Assembly: GCF_001949145.1 (NCBI RefSeq)
Contig: NW_019091357.1
Span: forward strand, 810,671 to 874,614
DNA: 63,944 bases
Direction: 5' to 3'
DNA from: Acanthaster planci
Taxonomy: Eukaryota
Position numbers and translations under genes: made by a program. This document shows positions 1 through 12,630 of this stretch, piece by piece. The stretch's first letter is position 1; each line of letters starts with the position of its first letter. The notes beneath the pieces were generated by a model. The model was given only the letters and a program-made list of their open reading frames with translations. It was not told the DNA's origin and did not search any database.

Positions 1-2749
1 TGCCCCTCCAAAGCTAAGGTGAACAGCTATCTGTCCAGTGAAATATGTCAGATTGATATCCATAGGTGCTATCTGACACCATGTACACACTCTACCGAGT
101 GGTTTAGAAGGAAAGAAAAAGATCTAGTCGCCACTGTTCAAGGTTTGTGTTAAAAATTGGGGTTTGGAAATATTGTACAAGCAAAATTTACCTCTCTTAT
201 GATATATGGGGGGTTCAGCTTACCGGGGGGGAGATTGAATTTGCTGGCATTTTTGTCGGAACAAATGCAGCAATAATTCAATTAGATCTGTCTGTTTCTG
301 TGAGCATAAAAACAACGAGCATGAGTGTAAAAAATGAACTTAATGAAGTATGTCTGCCAGTCAGACGAGTTTATTAGATTAGTCTAGGCTGCTTTCCATA
401 CACTCTCTTGGTCTAAACTCGAGCATGCAACTCAGGTTGTCATGACATGTTCATCATTTGCATTTGGGATTAAAATGTTGAACAGATTAATATGTAATGA
501 AGCTCACCACGAAATGAGTGATAATTGAAATGATGTGCCTACATAAGACCCTGCACTCTCAGTCTAGAGGATCCCAAATTAAAAACACTTGAAGCCAGAT
601 ACATTTCAGCAACTATTACAATGATAACACTGATGGCGATATTCATAATGCTCTGTTGTCTGCCAGGAAACGGCGTTCAGATCACAAATTCTATGCTGAA
701 ACAGGAAAGTCAGATAAATCGGTCATTTTAGGCTAAAGCTATCCATGCCACCCAGTATTGCCTATCTGGTTTGAAAGTGTGATGTCACTTTAGTTTAAAC
801 TACACCCAATGAGAGCATGCAAGTCGTGGCGTGTCCGCCTTTGTGACGAAATCACTTACAAACCGGATACTCCTTGGAATGACTCACTGCTTGAAGTACT
901 GATGCATGTAGATATCGATGTAGATGTGCGTGATGCCTTAGTCAAGATTCCCAAAATGCAATGAACAACAGAAACCAAAAAACAAGAGAGCAAACAGTAG
1001 ATAGAAGATAGAAAAGCTCAAGTCTGATTTCACTTTGTAAAACGATTTTCCTTTTTTTTTAACGTTTCACATATATTTCCTGAGTTCCACATCTATTTGT
1101 ACATGTACATGCATGCATACCTATAGATAAAGATTTTTCAAATGATGTCACTTGACCAGCAAAGGCAGTTCAAGAAGCGTTCCAAATCTGCAGCAGCGCA
1201 TGCATTTTCGAATTTGCGTCTTTCAGTTGGCAATTTCATGTACACCAGAATGCTGGGAGACTCCAAAGGCGTGCACTTTACCCCGCACATCCGTGTATAT
1301 TGAAAACTGATGGTCAAAAATCACGTGATTGAAAAACCTGTATAATTATATGCAATAATTATATAAGGCTTCTATGCTTTGTTCTAACTTTTTAATTAGA
1401 ATCATGAATGACTAAAAGCAGAAAAAATGTCACGTTTGAAATAGAAGCAACACAATTGGACTGTAATTGGCCATACATGTGTGCATTGCATGTACACTGT
1501 GCATCTACATTAGCACCCTTGCCAGATAGGCACAGAATACATTGGAAGGACTGCAGTGTACATGCACTTGCTATTGTCAATATGCTGGTATAAATTCATG
1601 AATTACTGATCAGCCAGTGGTGGGATACATCCCTCAGTTGCTAGGCTGCATATCGTCATTATCGCAAGACTTGGGGGGTTAAGGGAAAAACCTTGACATA
1701 CATGCACAGTGTAGTGAGAGCCAACCGAGACGATAACAATCACAATGTGTGATGCTGAGGGCTATGGTTGGCATGGCAACACAGGCTGGTAAACAAACCT
1801 GTCGGGCGAGGTCCCTTTGAAGTAAAGAATGTACATGTATGATGGAATGAATTGGTAAACCGTATGGGCATATTTTTTACTTCCATACAAGAATGAAAGT
1901 CCACAGAACTTAACTGTACAACACATGCTTATGCAACTTCCAATCAGTGCATGGTACTTGTCCATGTAGTTTGCCTTCTAGACTCTTCCTTTGTTCATCT
2001 TGACACTACACATTAAGATTCATGTTCTATGTGGTTTTGATAAATTGATCTCAGGTGTGGAAAAAGGGTTAATCTCGAGAGTCGCTACATGTAATTTCCT
2101 GAAATTTGGCCTTGCTAAACAAGGTCAAAAGATTGAAATTTTATGCACTGGTATGTCCACTACATGTATATAACATGAAGTGGTACTACCCAACATCATA
2201 CAGGTACATGTACATTTGTGATTTATTCTTTGCATTGAAGCATAGTTCCACCAACCCTACTAAACGGCACTCTTGTCGCCATTCATATTGTTAATCATAC
2301 ACATCCATGTTTGATTAATTGGAGAAAATCAGCACTTATTCTTGAAATTTCAATGTAGAGTTCACCTGGTTATCTGCTCACTCTGATAAGGAATAGAATA
2401 GAAAACAAAGTCAGTAACAAATGGTACTGTCAAACCAAATTAATCATTAAAGAAATTGTAAACATACCTGGTCAAGTTTGAGGCAATCTATCCCGAGAGT
2501 AATCATAATTGATTTGTTTACAGAGAAATTCTATCATTCATGTACCTCATACATGTAAGTATGTGTACATGATGCACAGACAGGTGAATTCTTAAGAAAA
2601 TGGAGAAATTCCTAACATTTTGTGGCACCTTTTTTACCTTTGTACATTTAGGTAACATGACAGCAACTACATGTAAATGCTTTTGACAAGTAAAAGCACA
2701 TGGAAAAAAAAGAAATGTTTCATATATTTGTGTCTTTCCAATTTTGCAG

Positions 2750-5700
2750 AGACAAGTTATTCCCAGAGTCAGTAATTCGTAACATCATGTTTCAGATTCT
2801 ACAAGGAATGGCATTTATACATAAGCATGGTAAGCTCCTAAACAGATTCTACCTAGCAAAATCAGACAAAAGCTATTGAAAATCCAGAGAGAAATTGATG
2901 CATTTTGTGAAAAATCTTTTTGTGTACCTGAAGATGATGGTTCATACCAATTGATGTACGTGTGTGAATTCCTCAGGTTTTTTTCATCGCGATATGAAGC
3001 CTGAAAATCTGCTCTGTCAGGGGCCCGAGTTGGTCAAGATTGCCGATTTTGGCCTTGCCAGGGAAACACGATCCAGACCACCGTACACAGACTATGTCTC
3101 AACAAGATGGTGAGTCTAGATGCTAGATTTCAACATCTTCACTGCAGGGCGCATAGCTGTGCACTGAGGCGATTGCTTCTGAAATTTGCAATCATTTCAA
3201 GTATGTTCCTGTTACTTGATGGTAGAGTGATCTAGAAGTCTGATGGAAACCTCTAACTGCTGTTACCCCTTCCAGTGTTTTAACCGTCGGAGACAGTCCA
3301 AAAACTGTTAATCCTTCATTGCATCTGCGTAAATACTCTTAGTTATCCTACAGGTGCGACTGGCACACAGAATAATGAAGTGTGTCTACGTCCCATAGAC
3401 ATGTACCATGAGGCCGAGGTAGAGTGGTATACGGGACACAGACGCACAACATTATGCCGTGTTTCACGAGTGATAAGGAATTTATCTTCAAGCAAACTTG
3501 GCACGCAGTAAAGATGTGCGTGCAAACGCGCCAATTTCAAATTTACATTGTGCATTTGCTTTTAGCGTAAAAGTAGTGCAATGCACAGATTTAGAATTGC
3601 ACATTACACAGGATTTGGTAGGAAGCATGCATTACAGTTATGTCACACTGTTTGTTGCCATGGATCGACCAATCAGATTTGAGAATTCAAATTTTCTTGA
3701 AGATGAATACGAGTCACCAGTAGTCAGATCACATGTCTAGTAAGCACCGGGACTAGTCAAATTCTGTCAACAGGTGGAGTGATGGGATAGGCCTTTGGAA
3801 CTAGTACACGTAGACTGTGTGTGCAGAGATCTATCAAGTAACTGCTCAATGTTAGTCAGTCTTGTCAGTGTAGGCACAGAATTCCTGGAAGTTAGAAACA
3901 GTCCTGTGATTGATGTTTGCTAATAGAGGATCTGTCTCCATTTTGTCACTGATAGAGGTAGCGTTAATATCCATACTTGTAGCTTGCTGTGGGATGAGAT
4001 GAACCAATTGCCTACTCTCTGTCCCAGGTATCGCGCCCCTGAGGTCCTGCTGCGCTCCACCAACTATAGCTCCCCCATCGATGTGTGGGCTATCGGCTGC
4101 ATCATGGCCGAACTCTACACATTGAGGCCGCTTTTCCCTGGCAACAGTGAAGTGGATGAGATCTTCAAGATCTGCTCAGTCCTGGGAACGCCAAAGAAGG
4201 TGTGTAGTCCACAAACATCCTTTCTGTGATTTTGTCCCTTTGAAAATCTAAAACAAAACGAAACATAAGGAACAAGGGATTGTAAATTTATTGACTTCCC
4301 ACTTGCTCTTTCCCAGTTCTGCAATCACAGTAATTTTAGAGTTGTTATAACAGACACATGATCTCGGCACAAATACCATCTGACTCCCGTGTCATCTAAC
4401 TCACCTCGCCAGTTCACCAACAGATTGCGGGCATGAACACCCATTTATACTTGTCACTAAACCGACCACCAATGCAATTTGGTGATGGCAGAGCAAATAT
4501 TCATTTCACGAATGTAAAACTGGCCTTAAGGCTGGTCAGTTCAGTTCAGTTTCTTTCCTTAGCTCTAAAGACGATTTCTTTCCTTTGTACGCTGTTTAAC
4601 AGGATGAATGGTCAGAGGGCTACAAGCTTGCTGCCAACATGAACTTCAAATTCCCCCAGTGCGTCCCAGTACCCTTGAAGACCCTCATACCAAATGCCAG
4701 CAATGATGCCTTGGCATTGATGAAAGACATGTTGGCATGGAACCCACAGAAACGGCCCACCATCATGCAGGTCAGACACCACATCTGGTGATCTAATCCC
4801 AAAGCTCAAGTGAAAATATAGTCCATTTTTTAGCTTTATGGTTATTTCTGTAAATTTGTACCCTTGTATTGTAATTAATGTTAATGTGGGGTTTTAATTG
4901 TGTTATCAGTTTTTAAGGTTTAAGTTTTAGTAAATGTATATTTAATTTTAATTTCATGAGTATATTGTAATTGGATCTTACTGCTCGCAAGACCACAACG
5001 AATTTCATCCTATGTTCATACCGAGGACAATAAATTCAAATAAATTAAAATTCAATTATCTCAAGATGATGTAAAGCTTGATACAAGATTTAACCTTCAA
5101 CTGAGAAAGCTGTACATGTACCTTGTGTTTTCACAGAGTTGATAGCAGGGAAACAGGAAATACTTTCGTTTTGGTCAGAGTCTAACCCCCAACCTCCTCC
5201 ATGCATTGTGCAGGTGTCTTAACCTGGGGCTAATTTCAGGTTGTGATGCATATAGTGTTTTGCAACATTCCCACGAGTTGAATGCACCGCTCGTCCTTTC
5301 AGAACATTCAGCATTGTTAAGAGTCTGATTTGTTGATTGCAGGCCTTGAGATATCCCTACTTCCAAGTCGGCCAGAATCTTGGCCCAAAGATGCCACCTG
5401 TCACAGCAAACAATCAAATGGTTGGCAACCTTGGATACGGCCAACAGCAGCAACAGCAAGTGCAGCAAAGAAGGAACCCATTACTCAATAAGGATAATAT
5501 CTTGAACTCTCCGACGGACATTAAGAAAACGACGAGGATGGATGACAGTCTGGATGATTACCTCACGTCGCTAGGGAATGCCAAACCGGCCAAGGCCGTG
5601 CCAGCTAAGGAAGTGGCCCCTGTTCAGAGACAGCCAGCCCCACCTGCCGGGGGCGCAGCAGGGATGGGAGGACCTGGGAACAGGAGTGGGCGGAGGCGAT

Positions 5701-8700
5701 GGGATTTCCAGAAAAAGGCGCCGGATCTGTTTGACAGCATAGACGACTTTGGGGACTTTGAAAACAAGAAAGCTGCAGCTGCTCCTGTCATGCAAAGGAA
5801 ACCTCCCCTGAAGAAGAAATCATCATTTGACTGGGATGATGACGATGATTTGTTTGGGTAGGTTTTTCCTCTCCATGCGGAGTCATCCTCTTTCCCTTCT
5901 CTCGCAACCCTCTTCCCGACAAGAAGAACCCCGAAAAGGAGGGTAAACAAGTATTAATTCATTTGGTTCTGGTAAGATGTATGCGTGATTTATAGTATAG
6001 GAAATTACTCTGTCCCCAAGTATTGGTAAAGGGGAGCAGTTGGCCATTGGATATGAGGCAATCTTTGTTCAGATCTTGCTGTCTTCATTCTGAGTTCAGC
6101 TCCTCAATGGAAACCTTTCCTTGCCTCCTTTTCCTTGGCCATTTGCCTTGTCTCTTTCCACTGCCCTGATTTCTTCCCGGCATTCCTGCATCTCCAAGAT
6201 GCCTCAACTAAGGCAAGTTACATTTTAAAGAAGCTGTTATTGTGAATGAGTTCTTTCTCTTCCGCCCCCTGCCAGGAGTCCACCAAGGAATAAGGCCTCC
6301 TACTCCAAGGTTCAGGCTCCGGGCAGACCCACCTTGGAATCGGGCCGATCTTCAGCGTCGTCAGCAAAACAGTTCTACATCAGGTCGGCGCGGTACAAAC
6401 CAGGTAAACTTGAGGGGGGGTCATCACATCAGTCATTTTCTGTTGTTTCTGTCCCTTTTGGGCCAGTCTGCCCATGCCACATATTGATGCAAACAGTACC
6501 GAACTGGTCAAGAATCTGTCATTGAGGGCACATCTGATAATAGTGTGTTCCTTGAAAGATATCCTGTTTATTCTCTTCAGGTCTGAACTTGAAGAGCCCT
6601 CGGAAGGAATCTTCCCAAGGCTTGCCACCTCTTGCCAAGCTACCCCCATCTGGCAGCACTACTCGGACAATAGGTATGGACAGCCATGCTGGGAAAAATT
6701 AACATTAACACAAATTGGCAACAACTCCTGCTGCATGAGATGTGCTTGTTCGCAGCGGATTGGACCTAGGTTTCTGTTGTTGGCTGACGAACTCTTCTAG
6801 AATCTTGTTAGAAACAAAGTAAAAATTGAAGATCGAGACTTTATACAGTGACATAAGCTGGGCAACCATCCATTATGTGTTTGTTTGACCTTTTACAGTG
6901 TTTTCATGTATTTTGGGTAATGAGACAAAATTGAGGTCTTTAATGCATTGGTGCCTTGTGTGCATTTTGGTATTCGCCCTNNNNNNNNNNNNNNNNNNNN
7001 NNNNNNNNNNNNNNNNNNNNNNNNNNNNNNNNNNNNNNNNNNNNNNNNNNNNNNNNNNNNNNNNNNNNNNNNNNNNNNNNNNNNNNNNNNNNNNNNNNNN
7101 NNNNNNNNNNNNNNNNNNNNNNNNNNNNNNNNNNNNNNNNNNNNNNNNNNNNNNNNNNNNNNNNNNNNNNNNNNNNNNNNNNNNNNNNNNNNNNNNGCAT
7201 AACCTTGTTGGGTTCAGCATGGTTAGGCTTAATGAATTATCAAATTCTGCACACTTGTTCTAAATTGTGGTGTTGATGTGCCATCACCAAAACTGTGATC
7301 TAAAACTATAAAAACAATGGAGCCACATGTCCAGTGACATAGCCAAGAAGGAAACTCATTCCTCAATTCCCCCCCCAGCTTAGAAGAGCCAAGCGATGTA
7401 GCTTATTCCACCCCCCCCAACTTAGAAGAGCCCGGCAATGTAGCTAATCTTATTTTGTGTCCTTGGTCATTACCAGTTTGCAAGTTGATTAGGTATGCAT
7501 GTGGTGAACGTGTATAAAGTTTTATTTTAGATACATTTCATTTCAGATTGTGGTTGAAGAGATTTGCTTAACATTTCCTAATTTTTTTCCCTCGTCATGT
7601 TCAGGAGCTCGTTACAATGCTAAAGTAGACGGAGCCTTCGGGACAAGCTATATGCCTTCATTTGGTCAGAAGCAAGCCTCTGGCATTTCTGGTAAGGAAG
7701 ATTCTGACAAAGACGTTAACCTACTCCAACCTGGGAGGCATGTCTTGTGGACTTGGCCACCGACTCAGTATTGGACCTGTTGATGGCAGTGTGTTGCCAT
7801 GAGAATTCCAGTGGGAGGGACACGCCCACACTGTATCAATGCACTTGTTATTATGCAAATTTTATGCAGTGTGCATCGTTAAGGCCACATCTTAGTCATG
7901 TGACTGTTGCTGACAGTAACACATATGGCTATGAGACATGCACTAATCTGCTACCTTGGGCAAGTAATTTTGACATGTCTTACTTTTCACCAGAATGTGC
8001 ACAAACTCACAACATAAAAGGTGCATGATTGTGCCATTGAGTTAGAGGTTAGAGGTCAAACCCATGGCATGATGGTGCCATTTGTCCAGAGGTGAGAGGT
8101 CACACCCATGGCATGATTGTGTCTTTAGGTCAGAGGTGAAAGCAGTCAAATAGAATGGCTGTTATATTCTTTGGATTTAAATGGAATGGATATTTCTGTC
8201 TTTTTTTTAAACTGCCTTTTCCAAACTTTGTTGGTCATTTGTTACTTGAAATCCCAACACTCTTTGTAGCCTTTTTATCATGACCGTCTGGTTTTTCATC
8301 AGCAGATCTCAATTCATGGAGTAAGCCCAGAGCACCAACGATCCCAGGAAGTAATTTCAGTGGATCGGCTGGCGTTCGGCAACCAGCAGTACCTGTCCGA
8401 ACCAACTGGGCAGCCAAGTAAGTACACATCGTTTCTTTCTCTGATTGTGTTCCCATGAGGTTTCTAAATTCATCCATAACCAATGTTGCGATGGAGTTGG
8501 TGCCGACTGTAAAGCTGATTGGTGTAGCCTCAACATCTAGTTTCCACTTTCTCTCCATGTATTACTGTCTCAAACCTTCCATTCTTGTACTGGCTCCAGA
8601 CTCATCCCAGCAAGCTTTGTCAGATACTCCAACTGGCATGACTATTTCATATTCAATATCACTGACTTAAATAGTCATTTATCACATAGGAAATAGTTTG

Positions 8701-8863
8701 GCTGTGGGATAATTTGGGCCTAGTTTAATGTACACTCAAAGTATCTGGTACATTTTGAAAGGGTTAATAAGTGGCAGCTGTTTTCAAAGCATTGCAGTGG
8801 TAATTAATTTCTCTTTGATTTCATTGTTTCTTGTATTCTAGGTATGGAGGAGGTGTTCACTAG
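2750..8863 (+). CDS. MAK: MAK/ICK(CILK1)-family Ser/Thr kinase, 3' part; 5' exons lie upstream of the window. Exons: 2750-2829, 2977-3109, 4028-4199, 4603-4770, 5343-5857, 6276-6403, 6581-6673, 7605-7691, 8303/8306-8417, 8842-8863 (TAG)
   Basis: Hand splicing across GT-AG introns with consistent phases gives [107 protein letters not shown]../[11 protein letters not shown]. The TDY activation loop is present, and the C-terminal motifs [19 protein letters not shown] and RTNWAAKYGG match the MAK/ICK tail. MAK versus ICK cannot be resolved. An extra exon could be hidden in the gap at 6981-7196. Confidence 0.93.
6981..7196. other. Assembly gap
   Basis: Run of N within a MAK intron. Confidence 1.
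8025..8140. repeat. Short degenerate tandem repeat (~43 bp x ~2.7)
   Basis: CATGAT.GTGCCATT...AGAGGT.AGAGGTCA.ACCCATGG repeated within a MAK intron. Confidence 0.65.
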
Positions 8864-10717
8864 CCACGACGGAGTCCTGCCGTTTTGCATGATGACAATC
8901 CGAATACACAGATGGGCACTGGCATAGTTTGACATCCTACTGCTGTGGATTCATTCGAATTATACTTTTTTATGTAATCCATTCATGTAAGTTTCAATTT
9001 AGGTAATTAGGCTGATTTTGTAGCAGTCCACAGTGTCATAAGATGGATTAGCAAATGATTAAATGATTGTCAGATACCCAAACAGTGACACCAAGAACCT
9101 ACGCCAAACTGTTCCCTTTGTCATTCCGGTTAGAGAGACAAGACACAACTTTCCAGGCTTTTAATTTGTAAAGATTAAGCCATGAACACTATGCAGAACC
9201 CTTTGGCTTTTCATCTCTTTAAGTTCAAACCAGCTCATCTCTTGGGTGCTAGATACGATACTATGAGTGGTTTCAATGAAGTGCTGTTGCTCAACCAGAC
9301 AAAGTCAAGAGGTCAAATAAACAGCATTCCAAGTTTGGAGGCTTTTTCTCCTTCAAACCAGAATGCAGTTTGCTTACTTGTCTCTGTTTCCGGCTTCCCA
9401 GTTTCTTTGAATATTGAATTTATTCAGGGAACAAATGCGAGATTTTTAAAGTTTCCCCACCTTCAATTTTAAAGAGAATTCTGCAGACTAGAAATTGGTG
9501 TCATCAGAAGATAGTTAATTATTATCAAGTAAAACCTGTGACCAATGTACAGTGTACTTGTATATATATATACAGATAATGTTTTCTATCCCAAGAAGGA
9601 TTCAGAAAATATTCAAATGAGGTAGCAAGTCTTTTGTAAATATAAACTGCAGTATTGCAGCTGATTAACATATTTTGCTCATAATTTATAGTCACATGGT
9701 TATTTTACAAGTTGTACATAGTTTTATTTGTAACATACAGACAGTATTGTTTTTAGCTCAGTTTTTATTTTGGTTCCCAGTTTTGTTATTTTGGTTGATG
9801 TGAAACAGGGAAAGTTAGGAAAAAGCTCAGAGTTTGTTGTCACGGCATGTGGAATGAAGTATTTGAATAGTATGTAACCTTTTCATTTAATGGAACAGTT
9901 GTTACTGGCTTGATACAAAGCATGATCCTCAAATGCTGACTATTCCAAAGTACATGTTTTATAAGGACATATTCCTTTTTCAGAACCAGATGTTAGGTTT
10001 TATGCACATTCAGTTGAAGATTGAAGGTAGTGACTTAGCAAACATCATAAGTAAAGGTGCTCCACACTCGTCCCCTATTACAAAATTAAACACTGCCCTC
10101 TGTTTGTGCAGATTGGTATAGATGCGAATACTTCCTTGATTACATAACATGAAAAGCTTCACTTTACTCTTACAAAAGGCTACAAAATTTTGTTTTTGAA
10201 ATTTCATTCACTTTTTAACAAATTTGTAACGTGAACGACCTACTGCATATTGGCCTTTTCTTAATACATTTTAGCTGATTGCAATGATTTTTAGAAAGAT
10301 GTCAGTCGACAAATATCCTTTAAGAAATGCTTTGTTTGATTATGCAGTGTAATTCTCGTGCAATAACCTAAGGGGAAATTGATTAACTTGATCTACTAGT
10401 TGTGCTTTAGTTTCAATTTTCCTGCAAAATACTCGCACCAATTCTGTCCCCACAAACTGTCATTCACTTTGCATGGAACTCCATGTTACACCGCTTTTTG
10501 TGATGTCATTGATGACATTTTATTGATGTTTGCTGTAAACAGATTATCATCAAAGTGGTAAATCGAAACCCAACAGAGACTCTGACAAGTCTACTGTTTT
10601 TGCAGTTCATTGGCTGCAGATGTAGAGGACTGTTGAGTTTGCCAAGTGAAAGAAGCTATTCTTAAATTCATTATCATGAGGAAATACTTCTGTTTCAAAT
10701 TCGCCATGCCTTCAGTT

Positions 10718-10940
10718 TTAACCCTAACCTTCCCCAACCACACATAATTAAACAGTAGTAAAGTGTTTCATTCTGTGGGGATAGGTCTGGTAGGCCCATA
10801 ACAGCTGGCTTTTGCATTGGGTTTGGCATACCTCAGAAAAACAAAGTCCAACAGCCTCTGTGCACTAAGTCCCACATGGGTGTTTAACTTTGTGTTCATG
10901 GGGCAGGTTACGGCCAGCAACCCTTGGGGGTTAGGGTTAA
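10718..10940. mobile_element. piggyBac-like MITE (TTAA-CCCTAAC...GTTAGGG-TTAA)
   Basis: TTAA flanks and CCCT/AGGG termini; the right end is shared with the copies at 13886 and 44358. Confidence 0.6.
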
Positions 10941-12440
10941 GAAAATCATTTTTCGGGGGACGAGGACAAATTATTAAAAGGGATGTCCAGTTTGTTCCTC
11001 TTGAAGCTCTGTGCAAACCAAAAGAGAATTCCAGTTTTGAGTCCATCCTGAAATCTTGCACCGTTTGACTTGATTCTTTCCCTGAAAAGATGCATATAAA
11101 TATTTACAGAGCTGATGAACTTGGCAAAAGCTGACCTTGTTGGATTGTCATAATATTTATGCAGTTATCTGCAAAAGCTACAAAGCAACATTCATGAAAT
11201 GTTTGTTGAATTATTGGCTCTGGCATTTATGTCACTTCATACTGAGGTCTTTTATATTCGTAAACATAACTTGTCTTACATGCAGATAGGATGTTCGATG
11301 TGTAAGGTTGCACACTTCATGACTTGGAAAAGAAGTTTTGCTACATCGTTTACCCTCTCCAGACAGAATGTTTGGAATAATAAAATTTAAATTATTTAAG
11401 TTTATGAAGAGTCATTACATGTGTAAGTTGTTAGAGTGTTCACATTCAAATCGCAGCTTACTTTTTATTCAAGACATTAATGGTGTAGAAATATGAACAG
11501 AATACAGAGCTTACCAGGAGAACATCCAAGCTTTTAGGCCAAGAACGGAATGGATTTTTTTTAGTTTATGAAATGTACAAGTAACTATTTTTTTGTTTTG
11601 TTTAGTTTTAAGTATTCCTTAAACTAGTGTGTGTGACATTTCAGAGAATATTACGTCATTCATTAAAAATGATACTAGTAACAAAACCTAATTATCTTGA
11701 GTGGACAGAGTGTTTTCTTTCCTACGATGAAATGTTTCATGTTTTCTTTACTTCCAGTGCCTGTATATTTGCCAGAAAAGTGGGGAAAATTTTAAAGGAC
11801 ATTTAGCAGGACTTGAATTTGCAAATCTTGTTTTCTTATTTATGATAATTTATTTACTATGTTCCAGAGCAGTGGAGATTACTTGATTCATCAAGGCATA
11901 ATAAAAAAGTCGGTAACTTATCCGATATTGGAACGTTGAGGGGAAGTTACTGTATTAAGCAGCTGCAGCAGCCCGTAAAAATTGAGCTTAAAGAAATTAA
12001 GCTTCCTGAGAGTTCCTCAAAATTATGTGCTCTCTCAACATCAGAATTAAGCATTTCATTGTAAACTCCGAACTTGGACGTCAAACAGAACCCCCGGACT
12101 TTGCGCACTACGCGAATGCATGCTATGTGACTTGTCGCCAGTGACGACAACTACTGATGAATAAACATAAGTCCGTGACCATGATGACTCATGGTTGAAA
12201 GGTTAAATACCATGATCTTCATCCAACAGTTTACAAGTCCCATGATGCATTGCAATTTAATACACTTTATTGTTGGAAATAAAAATTCAAGCTTATATAT
12301 CCATTAAAGTACAACTATGTAAAATAAAAACTCTTTCAAAGTGTAAGTGTATAGTTAATGTGTTTTGAAATTCCTTTTTTGAGGGTTCTTGTTCGAGATT
12401 TGTTTATTGGGCATGTAGAGAAAATGACTGCGGTAACGTC

Positions 12441-12454
12441 CGGCGGCCATTTTT
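12441..12454 (+). promoter_or_regulatory. YY1-like motif in the Rab10 exon-1a promoter/5'UTR
   Basis: CGGCGGCCATTTTT lies ~55 nt upstream of the ATG. This is a motif match only. Confidence 0.3.
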
Positions 12455-12503
12455 GGGTTGGACATAGTTGGCATACATTCTGCCACTTTTTACATGCACA
12501 ACA

Positions 12504-12630
12504 ATGGCGAAAAAGACGTACGATTTGCTGTTTAAATTACTACTAATCGGAGACTCTGGTGTCGGAAAGACGTGTATTCTCTTCAGATTTTCAGACGACA
12601 CATTTAATACAACATTTATATCTACGATAG
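12504..12630 (+). CDS. RAB10: Rab10 first coding exon 1a (canonical; P-loop GDSGVGKT, switch I ISTIG)
   Basis: ATG at 12504; 127 nt; ends ATA G|gtaagt (phase 1). Confidence 0.95.

Noticed and set aside
2524..2554. Possible 31-nt micro-exon (cag|...|gtaagt) before the first visible MAK exon
   Set aside because: It would shift the frame and has no kinase similarity. It cannot be supported without transcripts.
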